The notes under the pieces are model-generated. The model saw only the letters and a list, made by a program, of their open reading frames with translations, searched no databases and was not told the origin of the DNA. A stretch of DNA of 64,000 bases, taken from the NCBI GenBank assembly GCA_018920315.1, contig JAHLMP010000001.1, forward strand, positions 177,049-241,048, in the 5' to 3' direction. The position numbers were made by a program, and so were the translations under genes. The DNA comes from Candidatus Aenigmatarchaeota archaeon (GTDB lineage: Archaea; Aenigmatarchaeota; Aenigmatarchaeia; GW2011-AR5; JAHLMP01). This document shows, in pieces, positions 47,673-55,906 of the stretch. How positions within the stretch are numbered: position 1 is the stretch's first letter; every line of letters begins with the position of its first letter.

Positions 47673-48695
47673 CTAAATTGGAGTTGCTAAACTTTCGTCG
47701 TCCTTATAAATTTTTTCATTTATTATCATATCCTTTTTTATTAATGGTTTCGGTTTCTTTACTGCTTCAACCCTAAAGAAGCTTGAGTTATACCAATCGA
47801 AATCTGACTTAATTTTTATTTTTTCAAATAAAGGAAACTTTTCTTCAAATCTGAACATATTACCTTTAATATCTGGATAGACGTTAAATTGCCTCTTTAT
47901 ATCCGTAATTACAAATCCCATATCATAAAGCATCTTCTCAATATAATACCATTTAGTTCGAGAAGCTTCTAGAGGAGTTATTCCGAAATAACCACTACTA
48001 CCTATGCCGCGAAGAGCAGAAACTAAACGAGAAAAAAATAGTTTTAATCCTAACAAGGTTTCAACTGGGTCTGTAATAAAAACATCAAAGCTTTTTTCAA
48101 ATTCTCTAGGAATTTTTCTTTGTGCATCATAGATATGGGCTTCTAAATTTAATTTATATTTTTTTGCAATGCTATTTATAAAATTTACAATTCTTTCATC
48201 TATCTCCAAAACAACTACTCGCTTAGGTAGTCTTGTAAGCGAACAAGCAATGCTAATTAAATCATCATCTCCTAAAACTATAATATCTCGATATATGTCC
48301 CCACGTTCATGAATAAATTCAACTCTTCTAACTATTCCTTCTGGATCGATAAATCCTTGATCATATTTTTCTATTGCTTCTGGGCGATTTTTGCAAATCC
48401 TTTCAAATCTTTCCAATATTTTTTTATAGAAATTCGAAACTATATATCCAGTAGACTCACAAGACTTGCATCTTGCGTTTATTTTTTTAATTTTCAAATT
48501 ATTTATAATATTTTTGTCTACTAATTTTATCTTTCCATCATGAGAAATTTTTATTATTCCTTTATTTTCCATTTCTTCAATGATTTCTAAAAACTCCTTG
48601 ATTGAAGCATCTTGATGATAAAGTAAATAGTAAAAACTCTTCTCGCCACTAATCAATTGCTGAATTATTTGATTCGCTATTCTCTCTCTTTCCAT
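47673..48695 (-). CDS. bpsA: DUF43-family aminopropyltransferase, BpsA-like (branched-chain polyamine synthase)
   Basis: 340 aa with VLGDDDLISIA, VVLEIDERIV and FDVFITDP motifs. It lies immediately downstream of speH. Confidence 0.6.
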   Translation of the reverse strand: MERERIANQIIQQLISGEKSFYYLLYHQDASIKEFLEIIEEMENKGIIKISHDGKIKLVDKNIINNLKIKKINARCKSCESTGYIVSNFYKKILERFERICKNRPEAIEKYDQGFIDPEGIVRRVEFIHERGDIYRDIIVLGDDDLISIACSLTRLPKRVVVLEIDERIVNFINSIAKKYKLNLEAHIYDAQRKIPREFEKSFDVFITDPVETLLGLKLFFSRLVSALRGIGSSGYFGITPLEASRTKWYYIEKMLYDMGFVITDIKRQFNVYPDIKGNMFRFEEKFPLFEKIKIKSDFDWYNSSFFRVEAVKKPKPLIKKDMIINEKIYKDDESLATPI

Positions 48696-48700
48696 TTCTA

Positions 48701-49072
48701 TTAACCTCTATCTATTTCTATTTTCTTGTAATATTTTGGTTTAAACCTTCTCAAAAAGAATTCAAAGGCCTTCTCGACCTTTTTCTTTTCTCCGCAACTA
48801 AAAATATCGAGATTAACTAAGTTGTATTCGGGCCAAGTATGTATAGAGATATGACTTTCAGAAATAAGAACTATTCCCGTGACCCCCCATGGCTTGAATT
48901 GTTTGTAGTAACTCTTTATCTTTTTCATTCCTGCAAATCTCACAGCACTTTCCATCACTTCCATTACTTTTTCTTTCTTCGCTATTAGTTCTTGTTTTGC
49001 TCCATAAAGATCCGCTACTATATGTTTTCCAACATTCACTCTTCCTTTTTCTTCTAAATTCTTCTCTACCAT
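48701..49072 (-). CDS. speH: S-adenosylmethionine decarboxylase proenzyme (SpeH type)
   Basis: 123 aa. HIVADLYG and the self-cleavage context ISESHISIHTWPE are present. A GGAGGA lies 9 nt upstream of the ATG. Confidence 0.85.
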   Translation of the reverse strand: MVEKNLEEKGRVNVGKHIVADLYGAKQELIAKKEKVMEVMESAVRFAGMKKIKSYYKQFKPWGVTGIVLISESHISIHTWPEYNLVNLDIFSCGEKKKVEKAFEFFLRRFKPKYYKKIEIDRG

Positions 49073-49223
49073 GGGAATCGTCCTCCATAAATTTCACCCC
49101 GAATAATAAAGATTATCGCTCTACTTACATTTAAATTTTTTAGAAATTTTTATACTAAATAGTATTTTTCTAATAAGCAACGAAATCTCAAGAATTAAAT
49201 TATTTTGTTTTTATTATGAATTT

Positions 49224-50891
49224 ATGTTAAATCTAAGTGAAGATATTTTAAGAAAAATAGAGCTTTATACCTTGGAAAATGCTGTAACTCACAATGGAAA
49301 AGCTGTTAGTAAGCCCGTCTTGAATAAAATTCTTGCCGACCACAAAGAATTGTTAGAAAATATAAAAGAGTTAAATGAAATAGTAGAAAGAAAAGTAGAA
49401 GAAATAAATAAAATGAAGCTTGAAGATCAAAAAATAAAATTAGAGCTTTTGGGGTGGCAAAAGAAAAATATTGAAGAAAAGGAAAAGTCTTTAAAAGATA
49501 TTGCAAAACCAGGAGAAAGATTTGTTGTTAGATTTGCACCAAATCCTGACGGGGCTCTTACCATAGGTAATGCCAGACCAGCGATCTTATGTGATGAATA
49601 TGCAAAGAGATATAATGGAACTTTTATTCTAAGATTTGATGATACTGACCCTAAAATTAAAGTTCCGGAAAAAAGATTTTATCGTTGGGTAATAGAAGAT
49701 TTGAAATGGCTTGGGATAAAAATAGATAAAATAGTTTACCAATCAAAGAGGTTGAAAATATATTATGAGTATGCAGAGGAGCTTATAAAAATGGGTAAAG
49801 CTTACGTGTGCACTTGCGATGTTGAAGAATGGAGAAAATTAAGAAATGAAGGAAAACCCTGCAAATGTAGAGAGCTTTCTCCTGAAGAAAATTTGATAAG
49901 ATGGAAAAAAATGTTTAATGAATATAAAGAGCATGAAGCGGTGCTAAGAATTAAAACAAGTTTAGTGCATGAGAATTTCGCAGTTCGCGATTTTCCTGCT
50001 TTTAGAATAGTTGAAGATTGCAAGCATCCATTAGTTAAAGCTAGAGTTTGGCCTTTATATAATTTCGCCTCAGCAATAGATGATTATCTTCTTAATATTA
50101 CACATATTTTAAGAGGGCAAGAACATTCAACCAATGCAACAAAACAAGAATTTATATATAAATATTTTGGTTGGGAATATCCAAAAGTTTTTATATTAGG
50201 AAGGATTTCTTTAAGTGATATGGTTTTAAGCAAAAGTAAAATTAGAGCAGGAATAAATAATAAAATCTTTTCTGATTGGAATGACCCAAAACTTGGAACA
50301 ATAAGAGCACTAAGACGTCGCGGTTTTTCACCAGTAGCGCTAAGAAAGATAATTCTAGATATAGGAATAAAGCCTAATGATGTTGTGATAAGTAAAGAAA
50401 ATTTAGAAGCTTATAATAGGAAAATCGTTGACGAGCTTGCCAATCGTTATTTCTTTGTTAAGGAGCCAATAAAAATAAAAATAGAAGGACTGCCATTTAA
50501 AAGCAAGAAAATAAGTTTGCATCCTACAATAGATAGAGGCTATAGAGAATTGAATTTTGACAAATATTTTCTTATTGAGCGTGAAGATTTTGAAAGATTC
50601 AGAAGAAATGTTGTAAGATTAAAGGACTTGTGTGACGTTGTCTTAGATAAAAATTGTAAATTAGTTAATATAGAGTATACTAAAGAAAAAGACATTCCAA
50701 AAATACAATGGGTTCCTTTTGAGTTCAAAATAAGAACAAAAGTAATAATGCCAGATAAAACTCTCCTAGGATATGGAGAGTCGAATCTGAAAAATTTGAA
50801 AGAAGGTGAAATAATTCGATTGGAAAGATTTGGATTTTGCAGAGTTGAAAAAGTAAGAAAGAGTGTAACACTTGTTTTCACACATAAATAA
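49224..50891 (+). CDS. gltX: Glutamyl-tRNA synthetase (archaeal type)
   Basis: 555 aa. FAPNPDGALTIGNARPA is the HIGH-region equivalent and VLSKS is the KMSKS equivalent. The C-terminal beta-barrel anticodon-binding part is present. Confidence 0.9.
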   Translation: MLNLSEDILRKIELYTLENAVTHNGKAVSKPVLNKILADHKELLENIKELNEIVERKVEEINKMKLEDQKIKLELLGWQKKNIEEKEKSLKDIAKPGERFVVRFAPNPDGALTIGNARPAILCDEYAKRYNGTFILRFDDTDPKIKVPEKRFYRWVIEDLKWLGIKIDKIVYQSKRLKIYYEYAEELIKMGKAYVCTCDVEEWRKLRNEGKPCKCRELSPEENLIRWKKMFNEYKEHEAVLRIKTSLVHENFAVRDFPAFRIVEDCKHPLVKARVWPLYNFASAIDDYLLNITHILRGQEHSTNATKQEFIYKYFGWEYPKVFILGRISLSDMVLSKSKIRAGINNKIFSDWNDPKLGTIRALRRRGFSPVALRKIILDIGIKPNDVVISKENLEAYNRKIVDELANRYFFVKEPIKIKIEGLPFKSKKISLHPTIDRGYRELNFDKYFLIEREDFERFRRNVVRLKDLCDVVLDKNCKLVNIEYTKEKDIPKIQWVPFEFKIRTKVIMPDKTLLGYGESNLKNLKEGEIIRLERFGFCRVEKVRKSVTLVFTHK

Positions 50892-50909
50892 GCTTAGAAA
50901 ATGAAAAAC

Positions 50910-51206
50910 TTAAATTATCTCTGTAGTTTCTTTTTCTCCCTTTTCAGCTTCGAACAAGGATGGCGATATAGACTTTATTATGACTATTTCTCCTATGCTC
51001 TGCACCATTTGAAATGGAATCACTACTCCTTTCTTTGAACCAACTATATCTGCAAGAAAAGACCCCTTCACAACATCTACTATTATAGCTCTCACTTTGA
51101 ACTTCTCCAAATCAAGCTCTAAATTCGAGATTTTACCGCAATACGAACCTTTGTCAGTAAATACATCCTTTCCTATTAAATTAGAAAATTCTTCTATTGT
51201 TGCCAT
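50910..51206 (-). CDS. PRC-barrel domain protein
   Basis: 98 aa. LIGKDVFTDKGSYCGKISNLELDLEKFKVRAIIV fits the PRC barrel pattern. Confidence 0.6.
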   Translation of the reverse strand: MATIEEFSNLIGKDVFTDKGSYCGKISNLELDLEKFKVRAIIVDVVKGSFLADIVGSKKGVVIPFQMVQSIGEIVIIKSISPSLFEAEKGEKETTEII

Positions 51207-51311
51207 TTATTTCACCAAATTTAATATTAATTATAAATTTGCAAAAATATTTAAATACCTTTTGTTTTTAGTTTTTTTGTATTTATTATCTCACTACTAA
51301 TTATTGAAAAT

Positions 51312-52571
51312 TTAAAGAAAATCTCTTATATTCTTTTCGCCTCTTTTTATCTTTCTTTCTATGACTTTATCTTCAAGCAGCAATTCTCCATAAACCCCAT
51401 CATAACCAGGCTTTATATTTAATTTTCCTTCTCTATTTTTTATTATCAAATCAACAAGATTTTCATCCACTTCTTTAAGCTCTTCTTCATTAGCATTAAG
51501 TAGCGTAGCCAATTCGCTTCCAAATCTCGATATAAATTTTTCTTCTATTTCAAAAACCTTTTTAGAAAATAGATTAAGTTTATATTTTTTTGCTATTAGC
51601 TCTGTTAATGGTAGTATCTTTATGAAAGGTATTGCATTTTTTGGAACAAATCCACGAGGCCTGTCTGCAAGTTCTTCTACACGATGTAAAACACCAATAG
51701 TCAATGGTTTTTTGCATACCGGGCAAATATTATTTAATTTTAAACTTTCTTCTGGATCTAAAATTACATTACAATTTCTATGACCATCATAATGATACTT
51801 TCCATACGAAGGGTCTACCTCAATAGTAAAAAGAAATTTTTTAGAGTCTTTATTTTTTATTATCTTGATCAACTCATCATAACTAATCTCTTTCATCTCA
51901 AAAACGTTGCACTCTCTACCTATTCTCGAACTCCAAGGCGAATGAGAATCTGAATTTGATAGTAATGTAAATTTATCCAAAGAGCTTAATCTCCAATTCA
52001 TCTCAGGATCGCTTGAAAGTCCAGTTTCTATTGCATGTATATTTTTTTCTTGGTCCTGAAAACATTCTTTTATAGAGTCAAATCCAGACTTTGAACCGAA
52101 AATTCCGAACCAAGGAGTCCATGCATGAGCTGGAAATATAAAATTATCTTCAGAGATTTCTACAATCTTCTCTACAAATTCTGGACAACTCATCTCTATC
52201 GTAGGTCTTCCATCGGATTTTAGGTTAGTTTTATTCTCCAAAAATTCATTAATTTTCTTTACATCATCAAAACTTTTAGAAAGAATAACTAAATGTACCT
52301 TTCTTAATTTCTTTTCTTGTAAATAAACTAAGGAAACCTCTCCAGAAAGAATAAAATACATACCTTTATAAGAATATACCCCGCAATTGCTTTCAACTTC
52401 TTCCAACTTTTCCTCTATTTCATTTAGCCATAAAGGATGAGTAAAATCGCCTGTGCCCAACAAGTCGAGTCCTTTTCTCTTTGCATAATAGCAAAGCTCT
52501 TCAATATTCATTTGCTTAGATGTTGCTCTTGAATAATGTGAATGAATATGCAAATCGGCGATTATTCGCAT
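51312..52571 (-). CDS. Endonuclease Q-like PHP-domain protein with zinc ribbon
   Basis: 419 aa with ADLHIHSHYSRATS, LSNSDSHSPW, DPSYGKYHYDGHRNC, CPVCKKPLTIGVLHRVEELADR and GYDGVYGEL. This matches the EndoQ (COG1379) architecture. Confidence 0.7.
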   Translation of the reverse strand: MRIIADLHIHSHYSRATSKQMNIEELCYYAKRKGLDLLGTGDFTHPLWLNEIEEKLEEVESNCGVYSYKGMYFILSGEVSLVYLQEKKLRKVHLVILSKSFDDVKKINEFLENKTNLKSDGRPTIEMSCPEFVEKIVEISEDNFIFPAHAWTPWFGIFGSKSGFDSIKECFQDQEKNIHAIETGLSSDPEMNWRLSSLDKFTLLSNSDSHSPWSSRIGRECNVFEMKEISYDELIKIIKNKDSKKFLFTIEVDPSYGKYHYDGHRNCNVILDPEESLKLNNICPVCKKPLTIGVLHRVEELADRPRGFVPKNAIPFIKILPLTELIAKKYKLNLFSKKVFEIEEKFISRFGSELATLLNANEEELKEVDENLVDLIIKNREGKLNIKPGYDGVYGELLLEDKVIERKIKRGEKNIRDFL

Positions 52572-52614
52572 AGTTTAAATTTAAATTTTACTAATTAAAA
52601 TGAATATTTTAGAT

Positions 52615-52747
52615 GGGTCTGTGGTCTAGTGGTTATGATTCCTTAAAGGAATAACAAACGTTGCCTTGACGTGGCAAAGATCGCCGGTTCGAAATTTTAA
52701 GTGAATAAATGAAAAAATTAATAAAAACGAAAATCCGGCCAGACCCA
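52615..52747 (+). tRNA. tRNA-Val (anticodon GAC) with a ~20-nt intron at the D-stem/anticodon-stem junction and a 40-nt T-loop intron
   Basis: Acceptor GGGTCTG/CAGACCC plus A73. D-arm GTCT-AGTGGTTA-TGA[~52639-52658]CG. Anticodon arm TTGCC-TTGACGT-GGCAA. T-stem GCCGG/CCGGC. Removing 52694-52733 restores TTCGAAT. Confidence 0.85.
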
Positions 52748-52748
52748 T

Positions 52749-54002
52749 ATGAGCACAAAATTAAAAAAAGAATTGACTTTACTAGAACTTGTACTAATGG
52801 GCGTAGGAATTATCGTTGGCGCTGGGATTTATGTATTAATAGGAATTGGTGCGAGCTTAGCTGGTAATGCTTTATGGATTTCTTTTATATTGGCTTCTCT
52901 TGTAGCAATTTTTACTGGCTTATCTTACGCGAAACTTTCTTTTCTTTTTCCAAAAAGCTCTGCAGAATATATTTATATTAAAAAAGCTTTCAATGAAAAT
53001 TTTGCATTAGCAACTGTATTATTAATAATATTAAGTAGTGTTGTTGGAGCAAGTGTTGTATCAATAGGTTTTTCACAAATATTTACTAACTTTCTTCAGC
53101 TTTTTTTAAAAATTAATATAAATATTTCTCCTAATATTTTGGCTATTATTCTAATTTTGATTTGTTGTTTTTTCTTAATGCTGGGAATAAAACAATCTGC
53201 TGTTTTGTCTGTTGGCGCAACCTTTTTCTCTATTATGGGACTGCTAATAATTATATTCTTTTCAATACCTTATTTTGGAAAAGAAGATATATTCCTTATT
53301 AAAAATCCTTTTGGAATTTTTGAGGCGAGCTCATTAATATTCTTCGCTTTTATAGGATTTGAAAGCATACCGAGATTGGCAGAAGAAGCTAAAAACCCAA
53401 AAAAAGATATACCGCTTGCAATAATTCTTTCTATTATTATTACAACAATTATATATGTACTAATTTCTATTTCAGCTATTTCTATAATTGGTTCTGAAGC
53501 TTTATCGTCTAGTGAGAATCCTTTAGGAGATGTTGCAAAGAGTATATTTGGTATTTACGGCTTATTGTTAGTTTCCTTATTTGGACTTTTTGCGACATTT
53601 TCAACAAGTTTTCTCATTCTTCTTAGCACAAGTAGAATTATTTATGGTGTTGCGGAGCAAAAGATTCTTCCAAAAATATTTTTATCAATCTCTAAAAAAA
53701 GAAGGGTTCCACAAAATTCAATACTATTTGTAACTATTTTCAGCATATTATTCTGTTTTTTAAGAAATTTGAAATTATTGGCAACTCTTGCCGATTTTTT
53801 CGTCTTATTTATATTTATATTGGTCAATATTTCGCTAATCAGAATTTTGAAAAGTAGAAAAGATAATAAAAATATTTTCTTACCTTTCTTAGCAACATTT
53901 CTCTGTTTTATTTTATTATTTAGTATAAACCCCATGATCTGGATTTTGGGTATGTTTATTTATGGTCTAGTTTTTCTTATTATTTGGAAGATTAGAAAAT
54001 AA
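52749..54002 (+). CDS. APC-superfamily amino acid permease
   Basis: 417 aa with about 11-12 TM helices. The N-terminus KKELTLLELVLMGVGIIVGAGIYVLIG is typical of the APC family. The ATG lies 2 nt after the tRNA-Val discriminator. Confidence 0.8.
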   Translation: MSTKLKKELTLLELVLMGVGIIVGAGIYVLIGIGASLAGNALWISFILASLVAIFTGLSYAKLSFLFPKSSAEYIYIKKAFNENFALATVLLIILSSVVGASVVSIGFSQIFTNFLQLFLKININISPNILAIILILICCFFLMLGIKQSAVLSVGATFFSIMGLLIIIFFSIPYFGKEDIFLIKNPFGIFEASSLIFFAFIGFESIPRLAEEAKNPKKDIPLAIILSIIITTIIYVLISISAISIIGSEALSSSENPLGDVAKSIFGIYGLLLVSLFGLFATFSTSFLILLSTSRIIYGVAEQKILPKIFLSISKKRRVPQNSILFVTIFSILFCFLRNLKLLATLADFFVLFIFILVNISLIRILKSRKDNKNIFLPFLATFLCFILLFSINPMIWILGMFIYGLVFLIIWKIRK

Positions 54003-54078
54003 TAAGCCAATATAATGGATTTTTATGTATTGTTTCTAATTATTTATCTGAAAGTAATTTTAATTAAGTGTCGATTTT

Positions 54079-55887
54079 ATGAAAACTTCAAAGAGTATAA
54101 AGGAAAAAATTGTACCAGACACATCTATATTGATTGGAGGAGTTTTGTCAAAATTAATTGAAAGTAAGGAGCTAAAAAATGTAGAAATAATAATTCCCGG
54201 CTTTGTTGTCGATGAATTGCAAGCGCAAGCATCTAAAGGACTCTTGGTTGGATTTAAGGGATTGGAAGAAATAAAAAAACTAAACAAACTTGCAAATGAA
54301 AGAAACGATATAAAAGTTGTACAAAAGGGGAGGAGACAAACATTAGAAGAGATAAAGCTCGCTAAATCTGGAAGAATAGACGCTTTAATAATGGATGTGG
54401 CAAAAAAAGAAAATGCTACACTATACACAAGCGATTTAGTGCAAAAGGATGTTAGCGAAGCGATGGAGATAAAAACTAAATATTTCAAGCCTTATGAAAC
54501 AAAAAAGAAGTTAAAGATAGATGACTTCTTAATTCCTAATGCTTTATCTGTCCATCTTAAAGAAGGTGTTCCACCAATAGCAAAGGTTGGAAAGCCTGGA
54601 AGATTTGAGCTTGTAGAAATAAGAAAAGAACCATTAACTATAGATGAGTTGGAAGCTATAATCCATGAGATAATGAGCGCAGCTAGATATGAATCTGGAT
54701 TTATAGAGATGGTAGAAAAGGAAGCGACCATCATACAACTTAATGATAAAAGGATAGCAATCTCAAGACCTCCGTTCTCAGATTGCATAGAAGTTACAAT
54801 TGTCAGACCAATAGTAAAGCTAAGTATAGAAAACTACAAGATGCCAAAAGAATTGAAAGAAAGAATAATGAAAGGTGAAGGTATAATAATTGCCGGTCCT
54901 CCTGGTTCTGGGAAAAGTACATTGGCTGCATCCATAGCTGAATTCTACGAGTCATTAGGAAAGATTGTAAAGACTATTGAGCAACCAAGAGATTTGCAAG
55001 TAAATGAAAAAATAACTCAGTATACTAAACTCAAGGGTGATTTGGAGAAGACACTCGACTTTATTCTTCTAGTAAGACCAGATTATACTATATTTGATGA
55101 GGTTAGAACAACAAAAGATTTTATAGCATTCAAGGATATGAGACTCGCTGGTATAGGAATGGTAGGTGTTGTTCACGCAAACTCACCAATAGATGCAATT
55201 CAGCGTTTCTTAGATCGTGTAGATCTTGGAATGCTTCCACACATAGTAGATACTATAATCTTTGTTAAATTTGGTGAGATAGATAGCGTATATAAACTTT
55301 CATTAGTTGTTCGCACTCCCACAGGAATGACGGAAAGTGATCTGATCAGGCCTATTGTAGAGGTTAGAAATTTCTTAACAAATGAACTTGAATATGAGAT
55401 TTACAGCTATGGAGAAGAGAAGATTGTTGTACCGATAAAAAAAGAAGAAAGCGCTATAGAAAAGCTTGCGAAATCAAAGCTAAGAAGTGAGGTAGAAAAA
55501 TATATTAAAAATCCTGAGATAGAAATTTTTGGAAATAAAGCTATTGTTAAAGTTGAAAATAAGGATGTACCAAAGCTTATCGGAAAAGGAGGAAAAACAG
55601 TAAAAGAGATTGAAAAGAAAGTTGGAATAAGTATAGAAATTCTACCTAAGGTGCCAACGCTTAAAATACCTATAGAATTTTCTTTTGAAGAAGTTGGAAA
55701 TGCTTTGACCTTTTCATTTGAAAAAAACCTTCAGAATAAGAGAGTGAACTTTTATTATGATAATCAATTTATTATTTCTGCTATAGTTGGAAAGAATGGA
55801 AAAGTTAGAATAAATAAAAATAGCAAAGAAGGAAAAAGAATTTTAGAAGCTCTAATAAATGATAAATTGAAAGTTTTCTACGATTAA
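54079..55887 (+). CDS. PIN domain - PilT-like ATPase - KH domain protein (COG1855-type)
   Basis: 602 aa. The N-terminal PIN domain starts IVPDTSILI. Walker A is GPPGSGKSTLAAS. The C-terminal KH domain carries LIGKGGKTVKEIEKKVG. Confidence 0.75.
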   Translation: MKTSKSIKEKIVPDTSILIGGVLSKLIESKELKNVEIIIPGFVVDELQAQASKGLLVGFKGLEEIKKLNKLANERNDIKVVQKGRRQTLEEIKLAKSGRIDALIMDVAKKENATLYTSDLVQKDVSEAMEIKTKYFKPYETKKKLKIDDFLIPNALSVHLKEGVPPIAKVGKPGRFELVEIRKEPLTIDELEAIIHEIMSAARYESGFIEMVEKEATIIQLNDKRIAISRPPFSDCIEVTIVRPIVKLSIENYKMPKELKERIMKGEGIIIAGPPGSGKSTLAASIAEFYESLGKIVKTIEQPRDLQVNEKITQYTKLKGDLEKTLDFILLVRPDYTIFDEVRTTKDFIAFKDMRLAGIGMVGVVHANSPIDAIQRFLDRVDLGMLPHIVDTIIFVKFGEIDSVYKLSLVVRTPTGMTESDLIRPIVEVRNFLTNELEYEIYSYGEEKIVVPIKKEESAIEKLAKSKLRSEVEKYIKNPEIEIFGNKAIVKVENKDVPKLIGKGGKTVKEIEKKVGISIEILPKVPTLKIPIEFSFEEVGNALTFSFEKNLQNKRVNFYYDNQFIISAIVGKNGKVRINKNSKEGKRILEALINDKLKVFYD

Positions 55888-55906
55888 AAACTATAAGAAA
55901 TAATTC

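Noticed and set aside
48858-49097. A 79-aa minus-strand ORF overlapping the speH 5' region in another frame.
   Set aside because: speH in the other frame shows the ESHISIHTWPE self-cleavage motif and a GGAGGA ribosome-binding site. The alternative frame is Arg/Ser/Gly-rich with no motif.
1183-52747. The T-loop insertions might mark these loci as tRNA pseudogenes or disrupted genes.
   Set aside because: All six keep perfect acceptor, D, anticodon and T stems, correct invariant loop nucleotides and a discriminator base. In every case the insert ends so that the same 4-bp helix and two 3-nt bulges form at the same position. Random disruption would not produce that regularity. The isoacceptors (Arg-CCU, Gln-UUG, Gln-CUG, Leu-GAG, Val-GAC) are not duplicated within the window.
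54060-54788. Two minus-strand ORFs (142 and 98 aa).
   Set aside because: They are antisense to the PIN-ATPase-KH gene, which has clear Walker and KH motifs.
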